A stretch of 63,725 nucleotides of DNA, filler included, from Octopus bimaculoides (GCF_001194135.2; 8 parts of 7 records of this genome joined end to end with filler, not necessarily neighbours in it), one strand, 5' to 3'. Shown: positions 10,731 to 23,144, counted from the first letter of the whole stretch. Notes: generated from the sequence alone by a model not told the origin. Numbers and translations are program-made.

Positions 10731-11189
10731 CTGTAAATACAAGATATGTAAAATAGCATTGGTTAGATATATAATATGGGAAAAGAAAACATATCAACAT
10801 ACTAAGGTAACATATTGCATGTGTTAGATTTAGATTAGGATACATAACTGATCTTCCTCCAAATACTAGTGAGTCACTAGTACTAGCTAATTTGTCTTTG
10901 CCAAATTCCAAAGCAGCCATCATTCAGGTATCCCCAATCCATTCTTTTCTCCCTCCTTTCTTCACCCTCTTCAACCCTGCATTGACCACTATGACCAATA
11001 CTTCCTTCTCAGAACATGAATCCTTTGGAATTTCCTACCCACTCGTTTCTTTCTTGCAGGTGTCAATCTGCAATAGATTAAATGGAATATTAACAGCATA
11101 AAGTTCACTAATCTTGGAAGGCCTGCAAAAGTGATGTGGGCTGCTCTTTCACAATATTCTTTTGGATGGGATACTGGGTCCAAGACCAG

Positions 11190-11380
11190 CAAGTTTGAGG
11201 GAAGGGGCCAAACCAATTACATTGACCCCAGTAGTTGACTTGTATCATATTTTATTGACCTTGAAGGGATGAAAGACGAAGTTGACCATGGTAGGATTTG
11301 AACTCAGAGTGTAAAGAGCTGGAAGAAATGCCACTTAACATTCTGTCCATCATGCTGATGATTCTGCCAGCTTGCCACCT
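11190..11380 (-). mobile_element. SINE family B copy
   Basis: Reverse-complement match to copies at 27940, 33528 and 52935 (GGCAGAATC...GAGTTCAAAT...CCTTTCATCC). Confidence 0.75.
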
Positions 11381-11787
11381 GTAGGTGTCATTAACCTAGG
11401 TATGGGAAAATGGGAATTAAATTATTGATGATGATGAAGATATTGTACAGATGAGTGGTTAGGTGTTCCACAAGCTGTTGCTTTTCATTAAGATTGTACA
11501 AGATGGACAGCTGGGATGTAATAAGGGAATTAAGCTAATGAAGCAAACAACAATGGTGGTGGAGAGAAACTTAGTCAAATTGGTGCAAAGTAAAAGTAAC
11601 CTTGTTACAACATGTTCCCATCATAGCAGGCATAGCTTGAACATCATCTCTGCCAGACTGCTAATAAAGTGGTAATGAACAACACAGGTACAAAAAGAAG
11701 ATAAAATACTAAAATTAGACAAGTGATCATGTTGCAGCTTTGTAGTCTAGCGTGTTTATGACTCATTGTTAGTGATGTCCCCCATAG

Positions 11788-11918
11788 ATGTTGTTTTTAA
11801 TCAAGAAGAAAAGAATTTTGCAATGAAACAAGCATGTGATGAACCTAACACTTCATCTTGTAAACAAGCAAGGCCTAAACTCTCTGCAGTTAAAGAAATT
11901 ATTGATGATATTCTTTGA
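11788..11918 (+). CDS. Candidate downstream/terminal exon of the antisense plus-strand gene
   Basis: Acceptor cccccatAG| in phase 1, compatible with the donor at 6636; VVFNQEEKNFAMKQACDEPNTSSCKQARPKLSAVKEIIDDIL-stop. Confidence 0.3.
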
Positions 11919-12897
11919 ATGAAGAGATTACACTTATGTTGGTAATGAGAGTAATTTGGACAATCCAACTGGTGTCGAGGGAACAAATATGATAGTTAAG
12001 AAGTAAGCCCATGGTTTTGTTGGAGACATGTTTCCTAGTAATTCTGGGGTGCTGATTTCAAGAAAATAAATATCAATAGAATAATAAAAGCAGCTGACCA
12101 GTCTATTATGGACAAACAATACAATTGTGTTTATTCAGAAAATAAGCAGCAGAAAAACTTGACGTGATAAAAGAAAATTGACTGTAGTTTTGAAATCAGG
12201 ATGCCAATTTTAGTCTAAGTGAAGTAAAAAAGCAACCTCAAGAGAAATTATGTTCATAATTGTTCCCCTGTTATTGTTACTCTTCTGAATATTTCTGATT
12301 CTATCCATCAGTTTGTCTAACAAATATGGTAGTTGAGAGAAAGGCTTATTATTATTATCCTCCAGAATTTTTTTGTGATTTTGTCCATTAGTTTACCTGC
12401 GATCATTACTCTTGAGTTGTATATGCAACTATCTATTTTTTTTTTTTTTGCTCAGGAGCCCTACTCCATGTTAGATACAGGGGCCCAGGTCTGAGAGGGT
12501 TAAAGAATCTAGAATATACTTTAGCTTTATATTAATGCAACACTTTAGTTTTGAAACAACTGAAGAAGTTTTTGTTTAAGATCAGCCAACACTCTCTTAT
12601 GTTTATTGCTAAAAAACAAAAAAAAAACAATGTGTTTTGGTGAATAATAAGAAAAGCTGTTGCAAACGAATGACTGATGAGAGCTGTTAATGTTTTCTAT
12701 AGATTTTGTTAGGTTTCAGTAAAATTATAGATTCCTTCAGTTTCTAAAATTTTATCTTATCCTTTTTTTGCCTCTTAAAGAGGTTATAGAGGAATTTTTA
12801 ACAAATGGTCATTTTCTGATGATCAGATGTCCAATACAGAATCAATTAGAGCTAAAGAAGTCAATAATATGAAAGAAATTAGATGAGTAACACTTAC

Positions 12898-13120
12898 GAT
12901 GTTGATCTTCTTGTTTTTGAGGCTTTTGAATTTATTTGTTTGGAAATTGTGTCTGGGGTTACATCTTCTATCTGAATTGTAGCTGCTTCAGGGGCTTTCC
13001 TTTTCCATTTTGATGAACTCATTTCATTAAGATTTTGCATATTGTTAGCATGAGTATGATGCAATTGAAGAGTTGAGGCACAATCAAATCTTGATGTTTT
13101 TAAGAGAGATATATTATTTC
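12898..13120 (-). CDS. STPR-BTB gene, linker exon (223 nt, phase 1 to 2)
   Basis: Acceptor tatttcacAG|, donor ATC|GTAAGT. The frame GNNISLLKTSRF...SKTRRSTS is open, and its phases match both neighbouring exons. Confidence 0.8.
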
Positions 13121-13771
13121 CTGTGAAATAGAATATAAGTAACTCTAATACTCAATTAGGATCATTTTAAAATATGAAGTGGTTAGGAAAGACAAAATAG
13201 TAGATGTGTTAGAATATTGTTGAGATTTCAAAATGACTTAGGTAATAATTGAACAATTATCCAAACAGGAATACAATGCAGAGTCATGGAAATCACTTGA
13301 AAACAACACTATCAGAAGACAGTAAGGTATATACATCCTTTGGTGTAAATGACTAAGTAGACTGATGATAAAATCTAACAAACAAAACATTTGCTGTTTA
13401 GATCATATGATGTAGTTAAAAATTCTCAAGAAGAAACCTGCATGCACTGTGACTTATTCAAAACCCAAATACTATTTGAGTGAAGAATGAAGTATATACA
13501 AGGTTCTGATAGTTGTCACATGACACACATTGTAAACAGTAACATAAATCAAAATGATAACAATAATAATATAAAAGACTATGATTATATCAGAATATTC
13601 AAATTAGTTTAAAAGTGAGCAACAGTTCAAATTATCTAAGCACAATGGGCAGCAACTAATTGTACAAAATATTAACATCAGTTATGAGAGTCAAACATAT
13701 AAATGCTTAAATATGTACAGAAATTAAACTAGATATCACAGTTAAATGAAAAAATTCAGAGGGACAAATAC

Positions 13772-14201
13772 CAGGATTATATTGCATCTGCTCCTGATGA
13801 TGGAATTTTGGGACATCATAATACTTTAAAAGGTTGACTTTAATGTAGCCATTAGCAATTTGCTTTTCTTCTTGAGCCTTTTTACCCTGTCGAGTATAAT
13901 GATTCTTTGGCCCTGTAGCACGTCTGTTCCTTGCATATTGAGCAAGTTTCTTAAGTCTTTCATATCTTTCCTCTTTTGTTTCTTTGGTCCTTCTTTTCAA
14001 TTCATTCTGAGACAATCTTCTAAGCCTCTGTTTTCTCTCTTCTGCTGTTTCTTCAGCTCGTCTCTTCTGTGCATTTAAAGACAGCTTTCGTAGTCTCTCA
14101 AGTCTCTCATCATTTGTTTCATTTGCACGTCTTTCTCTTTCACGCAGTTTTTTGGCTTCTTGCTTTTCAGTTTCATTATGGTATTTCTTGAACCGCCCCA
14201 T
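13772..14201 (-). CDS. STPR-BTB gene, first coding exon with three 23-aa STPR repeats
   Basis: Acceptor ttctttgaAG| at 14211, ATG at 14201, donor CTG|GTATTT at 13771 (phase 1). Repeats: ETNDERLERLRKLSLNAQKRRAE / ETAEERKQRLRRLSQNELKRRTK / ETKEERYERLKKLAQYARNRRAT. Confidence 0.85.
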
Positions 14202-14625
14202 TATTTTACCCTTCAAAGAAATAAAAATTTATTGAAAACATACAAAAATAAATTTGATTCAGATTTTTTTCCTGAGTACAACGTTTTGGGTCTACAGACA
14301 TAATGTAAACTTTTTAACACGACTCTGAAAATTAAAAATCTATCTTGCACAATTACCTTAGTGATGAATAACAACTTCCTTTTATACTTTTGTATGAGAT
14401 TAGTATATCAATTACCAGAGAAAAAATATAATTATTTTCTCGGTTTTAAAGAGTTAAAATTCTCTGTTTTCATTCGTATAACATTTCAACTACTTTACAA
14501 TGAGATATATTCTAAAGCAAGATTTCATTATCTCTTCACAGTAGTTATACATCCCCCAGCATTATTTTATTCATAAGAACGGTAACCCCACAAAATTCTT
14601 CATCCTGATTTGCAGTCACGATCTT

Positions 14626-14634
14626 TCTCACCTT
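14626..14634 (-). other. Candidate donor of a non-coding first exon of the STPR-BTB gene
   Basis: AAG|GTGAGA on the minus strand, GT at 14631-14630. Confidence 0.4.
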
Positions 14635-15414
14635 AAATCTTTGCAGGCAGCTCGATAAGAAAATCTTTTTTATTTTACATTTGAATTTAATTACTTCTGT
14701 ATTTGTTTACCCTCTAGAATAAAAACAATTGCCCAACTGGCATTCTTTCGAAATAGATATTTTATCTGTCATTTCTTCGAAAGAATGCCGAACAATTTTT
14801 AGATAGTTTAGCATTTAACTTATACAAACTAGGATCTTGAAGTCTCTGACAAGTACCGTGTAGTACCAATATCTTCTTGCCAAGTCAAGAGAGTAATAAA
14901 TTAATGTAAATTGTCTCCGTTTAAAGATATATATTGTACAGGAGCCAATTTTGAACTACTGCATAACAACACTTTGGCCCATGCGAGTTTATAGATTAAA
15001 GCCTTCTTTTGATTATTTGAAAAGAACGCGCTTTCTTTTGGTTTGACTAGATTTTGCAGAATTTTGTGAAAAATGTAACATAAAAAGAACTCATGAATTG
15101 AAACAGTAGTTTATACAAATGACGATGATATGCTAATACAGTATGTAGAGGTTTCGGTGAAATTCGGATCAATTACTTTTTTTATCACACGAATTTTAAT
15201 GTTTTAAATGTCATACCTCCCATTGATATTTTACAACAATAATAGCAATAAAAATCACAATACGTCTTTTTAATCACAGCTAACTCGCTACTTTTAAGAA
15301 GTAAAAGTTGTTTTCAAATGGCATCGATATATACGGTCACAAATAAAAACAAAATTCATCCAAGCAAAAATAGTTTCCTTAAACAAATTGCCATCATTAT
15401 TTGTATAAGAAATG

Positions 15415-15423
15415 ACTCACCTG
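15415..15423 (-). other. Candidate donor of an alternative non-coding first exon
   Basis: Consensus CAG|GTGAGT on the minus strand, GT at 15420-15419. Confidence 0.45.
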
Positions 15424-17055
15424 ATATTTTCAGAAGGAAATTTTAAAACACTTTAGTTAATCGTTGCTTATGTATAGTAAATAGAAATGCAGTGGATTGT
15501 GACGATCAGCGTAGATGTTATTTTTGCATGTACTAAATATTGCTAAAATTGGAACTTTCTAGAAATACCTACTCTATTGTTATTTTAAAATGAATTATAT
15601 TTTCTGAGAACTTTGAAAAATCGGTCAAATGAGATACAGATTTGATTTGTATTTTTTTTTTATTGTTTTATTATCCCAAAGGAATAATTTCATCAATTGA
15701 TTGTAACTGAAGCGTGTACGCTAAGGGAGTTAACTATGCAGTGACTATCTTTTTTACATGACCAAACTCTACAAGTGTATAATATCGATGTATCATGTTA
15801 AGAAAACTAGTGTGCACACAAAATTTATTAAAACTTATTTATTACAAAATACGTTAATTTTAGTTTGTAGAGACTTTGAAATGGTTATTTTAACAAATGT
15901 TTCTATAGAAACATCACAAAAATATTCAGGGAATTGAGGGACAACGCCATATCCACTTATTACCATTCTATAAGGTTTTATATTATACACCAAAATACAT
16001 TTCTTTCTCAAAACTGAAATCATATAGGCAGTCACCAACCATTGATATCATATGCTAGATAAGATCATACATTAATACAGAGCTGAGAATTTTCCATTTG
16101 ACCTTTCAAATTCACTATAACAATCACGATTCACTTAAAGGCTGTAAAATATTAGTATTAGCGCTGTTTAGTTAGACAATAATCTAGTATAAAGCAAAGT
16201 TTCCTACCCAGTTTATGTGCAACTTCAAAGGGCAGCATGCATCTACGTTTAGTAAATTGTATACTTTAAAACTCTTTTTAATGGTTGAAGATTATATCAT
16301 ACAAATGTCGACCTATTTAGTTAATTGTTAAACTAAGCCTTTCCTTGCAGGAAATAAATGTTTCGTAAGAAAACAATTATCTCAAATTGATTGTATGGCA
16401 GTTTATGTCAAGCTCTACGTTCTAAATGATCAAATTTAAATTCTCATTTATGATACATTTTCATTTCTCCAAATTGTTTTCTTATATTTTGGTTTTTTAA
16501 TTTTTACCACTATAACAAAATAAAAAACAGTAAGAGGAAAAGAAATTAAAGGTAAAAAACTGAATTTGATGATTTCGGGCAAGTTTAAAACGTCAACAGT
16601 CTATGCTTCAACTGGTGGTTTGTCGTTAACTCAAACATTATTTGCTAATTCCAACTGGTGAAAAAATTTGTATCATTCCTTAAATAAACTTATAGCAGAT
16701 CTGAATAAGTGGAAACAAAATATGTATAGGGAGTCCATCGAAGAAGTTGAAAACTGTTTTCGGTATTAAATCAGAATTTTTTTTCGATGTTAACGTATTG
16801 GAAACATGAAAACTTTTCATTCATCAAAAAATACTCCTGAGCATCACCGAGTTAAATTGAGGAGGTAAAGCCAGCATAATTAAAAGTTACGCAATCACGG
16901 TCTTGTCTTTTACAGCTTTATTCATAAAATCTACATCAGTCTATTAAGGAAGTTTATTTACAAAAATACTTCACGCGTACATCACACCAGTTTATTAAAT
17001 ATGAGACTCCAAAATCAGTGTTAGCTCTGTTCTCACTTCTTGGTTTATGTACTTG

Positions 17056-17107
17056 TCAGGAAGTGACCTTTTTCCGGAAGTACCATTCAACGCTGTTCGT
17101 CGTGAGT
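17056..17107. promoter_or_regulatory. Candidate ETS-type promoter with adjacent plus-strand donor
   Basis: CAGGAAGTG and CCGGAAGT within about 25 bp; GTC|GTGAGT at 17102. Confidence 0.35.
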
Positions 17108-17482
17108 AAATACGTTTCGAAATCAGAATTGATCCATTTCTGAGTTTATTTTTCATGGTAATAAAATAAAATAAAATAAATGCTCGTCCAGATTCGTACT
17201 TTATCAATCAGATCCAGTTTTCAGTTATTTTTTTGCTTTTGTTTTTTAAACCCATCTTTTCGACTGCGGAGATTCCATATCTGCCCCAAAAAATCGGCAT
17301 TTCAAAATTTTAACCACTCCCGCCAATTTTTCACATTTTTTAAAGAAATTGTTTGGCCTAGTACGTTGAAAAATACGGAGATTATGATTCTAAAAAAATT
17401 TTTGTCAAATTTCAATTTTTCAAAAAAAAAAAAATAATAATAATAAACACCCCTCCCCTCATACTAAAATAGCAGACGTAAA

Positions 17483-17723
17483 AAGTTGTTGGCACGACGT
17501 CGAGGGTTCCAATTGATCCGATCAACGGAACAGCCTGCTTGTGAAATTAACGTGCAAGTGGCTGAGCACTCCACAGACACGTGTACCCTTAACGTAGTTC
17601 TCGGGGATATTCTGCGTGACACAGTGTGACAAGGCTGACCCTTTGAATTACAGGCACAACAGAAACAGGAAGTAAGAGTGAGTGAAAGTTGTGGTGGAAG
17701 AGTACAGCAGGGTTCGCCACCAT
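17483..17723 (-). mobile_element. tRNA-derived SINE family A, 3' part (truncated by gap)
   Basis: Near-identical to 44750-45000 and the reverse complement of 30900-31160. Confidence 0.85.
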
Positions 17724-17829
17724 NNNNNNNNNNNNNNNNNNNNNNNNNNNNNNNNNNNNNNNNNNNNTTAATTAATTAANNNNNNNNNNNNNNNNNNNNN
17801 NNNNNNNNNNNNNNNNNNNNNNNTCGATC

Positions 17830-18056
17830 CTACACGCTTATTTCACAGCAGTGCTCTACCCAAAAAACGAAAACGCAACAACACATACATATAAAATATG
17901 GAAGAAAAATACGCAAAACACTTTCAATACAGTAAACATAAGAGCACCACAGCAAACCACAGCACATACCCAAGGCGCACAGAGCTGCGCTCGGTAGTGA
18001 AGTGAAAGCACGTTATAAAAATAAAACTACTGAACAATAATAATAATAATAATTAT
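17830..18056 (+). mobile_element. R4/Dong-like RLE non-LTR retrotransposon, 3' end with (AAT)n tail
   Basis: CGCAAAACACTTTCAATACAGTAA plus a 3'UTR nearly identical to 57867-57990, ending in AATAATAAT. Confidence 0.8.
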
Positions 18057-18057
18057 A

Positions 18058-18268
18058 ACTATCCTTTCTACTAAGAGGTCTGGAATTTGTGGGGAGGAGA
18101 CCAGTCGATTACATCGATCCCAGTGTTCAGCTGGTACTTAATTTATCGACCCTGATAGGATGAATGGCCAAGTCGACCTCGGTGGAATTTGAACTCAGAA
18201 CATAGTGGCAGAGGAAATACTAAGCATTTCGCCCGCCCCGCTAACGATTCTGCCATCTAATCGCCTTG
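18058..18268 (-). mobile_element. SINE family B copy
   Basis: Reverse complement of the family B body (GGCAGAATCGTTAG...GAGTTCAAATTCC...GGTCGATAAATTAAGTACCAG). Confidence 0.8.
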
Positions 18269-19270
18269 AATAACAAGAACAAGAATTGAAGAAGAAAGTT
18301 TAGTCGAAATCAAAATGTACAAAAACACGAGAATAGGGTTAATAAAAGTTGTGTTCTTCCAGAATAGAGGTCGATTGATCCCCGAGGAAAATATCAAACG
18401 AGGAGAAAGCGTTTAACCAAGATGTAACAGAATTTGACGAACTTGGAAGTGAATATTTCCATACACCACATCTAAAACATTCAATATCAATGGCGATATC
18501 CTTGGCATTGTCAAAGAAAATTAAAGAATACGAAAATACGTTAAAGAGACTTGATTGAGAGCTCCTGGTAAATAGAAATTTTCTATCGTGAACATTTCAT
18601 CATTCTATACCAGCAACCTCTCAGGTCCTTACAAAGATACAATACATCACATTACAAAGAACTATCGGACGAGTGCATGCCTGAATCTAATGTATAAACT
18701 GTGAACTGCTTTTCTGAGCTTGTTTCCTTGCGATGTCAAGAATATCGTTACAAACGAATAAACATATAGAAAGAAAATAATTTGAGTATTGAGCACTTTT
18801 TCACTAATCCGAAGAAGGTTGTAGTTACAAAAACGGAATTCGATTTTATTCTCCTCTCGTCTGAGGCATTTAGCATCGCTAAAGTTCTAAAACAAATTTG
18901 CTACATTGCTGGAGACCATCCTGAAGTTGAAAGTACAAAACGAAATATCTTTCACCCCTATGAGATATATTGCAGGGGTGTGTTTCAAGTAGACAATCTT
19001 AGAGTTGTGAAGAAAATGCACTAAAAAAAAAAAGAACCATGTGTCTTTTCATCGATCTTCTCTTTTTCAACTAAAAAAAAAATATCATATTGTCTCAGAT
19101 ATGTTGATTATCTTTAACATATCAAGTATGGAGCCACGTTCTTTCTTCAAAAATCCAATGTTCAGCCATATTTTTACTCAAGAGCATTGATATATATCTT
19201 GTCGTTCCAACAATAATCTATGTCGAGCTAAAGGTGAATATTCGGTACAGGATTTATGGACTGCTCATAA

Positions 19271-19460
19271 ATGTATGTATGTATGTATGTATGTATGTAT
19301 GTATGTATGTATGTATGTATGTATGTATGCATGTATATATATGAATGCATACATACATAAATGTATGTATGTATGTTTGTATGTTTGTATGTATGTGTGT
19401 ATGTACGCATGCATGTATATATATGAATGCATACATACATGAATGTATGTATGTATGCAT
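19271..19460. repeat. (ATGT)n microsatellite, compound
   Basis: Seen directly in the sequence. Confidence 0.95.
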
Positions 19461-20331
19461 GCATGTATGAATATAAGCATGTGTGTACGATGCATATATG
19501 TATGCAGGTACGTATGTATGATTAAGAACAACTTCAGCAAAAGATAGAAATATAGCTAAAATAATACATAGCATTTTTTTTTTTAGATTAATTATCTGAT
19601 TTATACATGTGAATCCCTTATCGATTTCTATGAAAATATCTAAATTGAATGTAATCAGTCCAAGCAAAAATACGAATATACCAACACTAGCGCCCCTGAA
19701 AGTAATATTCTCTGGGAATGCACAAAAGCCTTTTTCAGAGTTATTTACTTTAAATTGTTATTATCTCATATCTGATTAGCCTGTTATTACGTAACATGCT
19801 TTGCGATTTTAGTATACATACCTTATTAGCATTTCCTCCCATGTTCTATATACTCTGGGAATGCATTAAAGCCCTTTTTCGGGTCTACTTTATTTGAATT
19901 CTTACTATCGGGTAACTAATTTCATGTTATTACAAAACTGACTTCACAATTTGCGTATTCATAACTTATTGGGAAGTCCTAAATACAAGATCCTGTGTAA
20001 GACAGTTCGGTATTCGCTGTAAACGCACAAAAACCGTTTTAAGGGCTACATACTTTGTATTGTTATTATTAGATTAGCGAAACAATTATGAGAAAAGAAC
20101 CAAGGGATAAACCCCGCTTTTCCGGGAATTACAGAGTACGTCAGCTAGTACAGAAATACATACATACATACATACATACATACATAAATTGTATATACAA
20201 ACATGCAAGCTTACATATATAGATATCTATATAGATGCGCGCATATGTGTGTGTGTGAGAGAGAGAGTGAGTGTGTGTATGTATGCACGTGTGCGTGTGT
20301 GTATGTATGTATGTATGTACGTACGTACGTA

Positions 20332-21198
20332 CGAGGTCTGATCAATAAGTATCCGGACTGTTGTCATAGGAACGAAGCTAAAGCACGCAGATTGAAGCCG
20401 CTTGGCAAAGATTGACTTTGAACTCCGCTGTGCATGCGCATTAAGTTTTAACGTTATAGCTCACTTCCGTTGTTTACAGTAGTGTTTGGAAGGAAGATGT
20501 GTAGCGCGTGATCGTCGCATTAACCGTGACAGAGAAAGCTGTCATGGCGATACCTGCTTAGAGACCTACGCAAAGTTGCAGAAAGTGCATGTGCCGTACA
20601 CAAGTGTATGAGTGGTTCAGACCTTTCCAAGATGGCAGAAAAATGTCGATATTGCCGAACGTTCTGAGAGACCCGGAACCAGCAGAACTGACAAAAACAT
20701 CATAGATGTGAGGGGAAATCGTTGAATCACCATCCGTGAGTTACCAAAGGATGTGCAGATTAGTTACGGTTCAGTTCAGTCAATTATCACTAAAGATCTG
20801 GGTATGAGATGTGCACCTGCCAAGTTTGTGCCTAAACTACTTTCAGCTGACCAAAAAGAAACTCGGTTTCAGTTGCACAAGATCTCCTTGATTGTGTCGA
20901 GAACGATGAAAGCCTTTTGAAAACTTTGTGTAGGCTTCTGAGCAGGTATCGCTAAGATTTTGGCAAAATTTGATGCAAATTCTCTGTTCAACTTTCTCTG
21001 TCATGGTCAATGTGACGATCACATGCTATACACCTTCCTTCTAAGAACTGCTGTAAACAGCGAAAGTGTGTTAGAACATGAAAACTTCGTGCGCATGCAC
21101 ATCAGAGTTTAAGGTGAATATGTGTCAAGCGGCTTCACTCTCCGTGCTTTAGCTTCGTTACTATAGCAACAGTCCGTATACTTATGGATCGGACCACG
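20332..21198. mobile_element. Mariner deletion derivative with two 5' ends (long inverted arms)
   Basis: TA-flanked TIRs CGAGGTCTGATCAATAAGTATCCGGACTG and reverse complement (4 mismatches). Inverted homology extends over 200 bp. The interior encodes mariner HTH/linker remnants (VYEWFR, AKFVPKLLSADQK). Confidence 0.85.
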
Positions 21199-22549
21199 TA
21201 TGTATGTGTAATAGCTCTGATGTTGGTCATTCGGGGAACATTCCCACTAAAATCTGAATGCGAATAAACTAGAGAATAATGGTTTCAAATAAAGAAAAAT
21301 GCAGTGCTGTAGATATCACCTGCCATCTTTCGAAATCAGTGAAAATAAGAACGTTTATATGTAGATTATTCGAAACCTGCAACTTCACCCCCGCCACCTA
21401 GATTATAAATCTGCATTTGTAGCCATACTCAAAATGCTATTAAATCATAATCTCAAAAAAGCCTGAAGTCGTCAAACTATGTCCCTCTAAATACTGTGTA
21501 CTCGCAACAGGTTGAATACTACAGCTTATCTTAATACTGTCGCTTTTTTATTGTATGTACATGGTATGGCTCAAAGATTTTCCATGCCGGATGACAGGCT
21601 ACGGCAGGATTTGAACTGAGAACAGAAAGAAATAATGTAAGGTACCCTGACCAGCATTCAGGCAATTCTGCCAGTCCACACCCCTGAAATCGTACTTTAT
21701 CTATCGATTTGAAAAGGACCAAAGACAAATTTGGCATGGTGGGATTTTAACACAGAACGCAAAGACCAAGCTAAAGTGTTACAAGCTAATCTGCCCTTTT
21801 CACTCTTCTGCCATTTCGTCCGAGTCTCTGGCGTTTCTGACAATTCGTTATATATTGAATTTTGGTTTAAATTTCTATGGTAACAGATTGGGGAGATATG
21901 AAATGTTTAGTTGTTGTTCGAAGATATCCGATAACAAATATATATCCACTTAAATAAAACTATCACATAATAAGGCTTTTTCTCCACCATTCACAAGTAA
22001 TTGACTCTATTCTTATTGCTATTTGTCATTGACTGGATCTGTGACGTCTATTCTTTGTTCATTGCTGGGAAGAGAAGTGACTAATTGTTCAGTTCATTGA
22101 TTTATTAAGGAACAAACGAAAACAGTGGAATGGTGGAGACTTTACTATTTGCTATTTTACTGTATTTCTTTTTCTTTATTCAAATTAAGCTCACGGTCTA
22201 CCTTTACGCATTGTAACCCCAATGGATCAATAAAAATAACAACCAAGGTATTATGGAAGTGGGGAGAGAATTCAATAAGCACATACTATCAAACTTCCTA
22301 TAAACTTAACTCCACGTTGAGTCGTTTCCCCGTTGAAGTTATTTCCTTTGACTTGCATAGATATTCTCTTTGAGAAAACAATGAACGTTATACGTTCTCA
22401 TTTGTCTTCCACTATGTAATTTGAGTTATGTGCATTTAGAAATCATTCACATAGAGAAAAATTATTGAAAAGTAATAGCATTAAACACGGTTCAACATGT
22501 ATGACATGCACTAACGCCTATTATAAGCAGTTAATAATATCTGTAATTA

Positions 22550-22665
22550 CTACATACATACATACACACATACATATACATACATACATACATACATACA
22601 TACACACATACATACATACATACATATATACATACGTTCGTACGTACGTACTACATACATACATG

Positions 22666-22697
<32 letters not shown>

Positions 22698-22806
22698 CAT
22701 ACGTTCGTACGTACGTACTANNNNNNNNNNTACATACATACATACATACATACATACATACATGCATACATACATACATACATACATACATACATACATG
22801 CATACA

Positions 22807-22835
<29 letters not shown>
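22550..22835. repeat. (TACA)n microsatellite
   Basis: Seen directly in the sequence, with a 10-N gap. Confidence 0.95.
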
Positions 22836-22837
<2 letters not shown>

Positions 22838-23113
22838 TTTTCTCGCTGTATTGCGTGTTCGTTTCTTTTTTGCATCTGTGATTTTATTTTTGATCTTCTA
22901 TGGAAATGCAGATATTTCCTTCGTTTTGCTGCTTTTCTTTCTACGGAACTGTTATTTTAACGAGCTGTGTCTATTTATGAGCCGATGGGATATCTGTACC
23001 GCCGGATGCTCCTCGTGAGGGATCGATGCAAGATGTCTCGAGACAATTGTCGTGATTAATAATAAATTCTTGTATATTCCATCTTCCGTCTTTCATTTAC
23101 CACACATACTCAC

Positions 23114-23144
<31 letters not shown>

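Noticed and set aside
13707-14216. Track ORF as a single-exon 169-aa gene starting at TTG 14216
   Set aside because: An acceptor at 14211 and a donor at 13771 explain both ends; the C-terminal 21 residues read into the intron.
18300-19024. Possible GPCR-like remnant on the minus strand (DILDIARKQAQK, hydrophobic stretches) and the plus ORF 18782-19024
   Set aside because: There are stops in all frames and no diagnostic motifs could be assembled; this is not supportable without a search.
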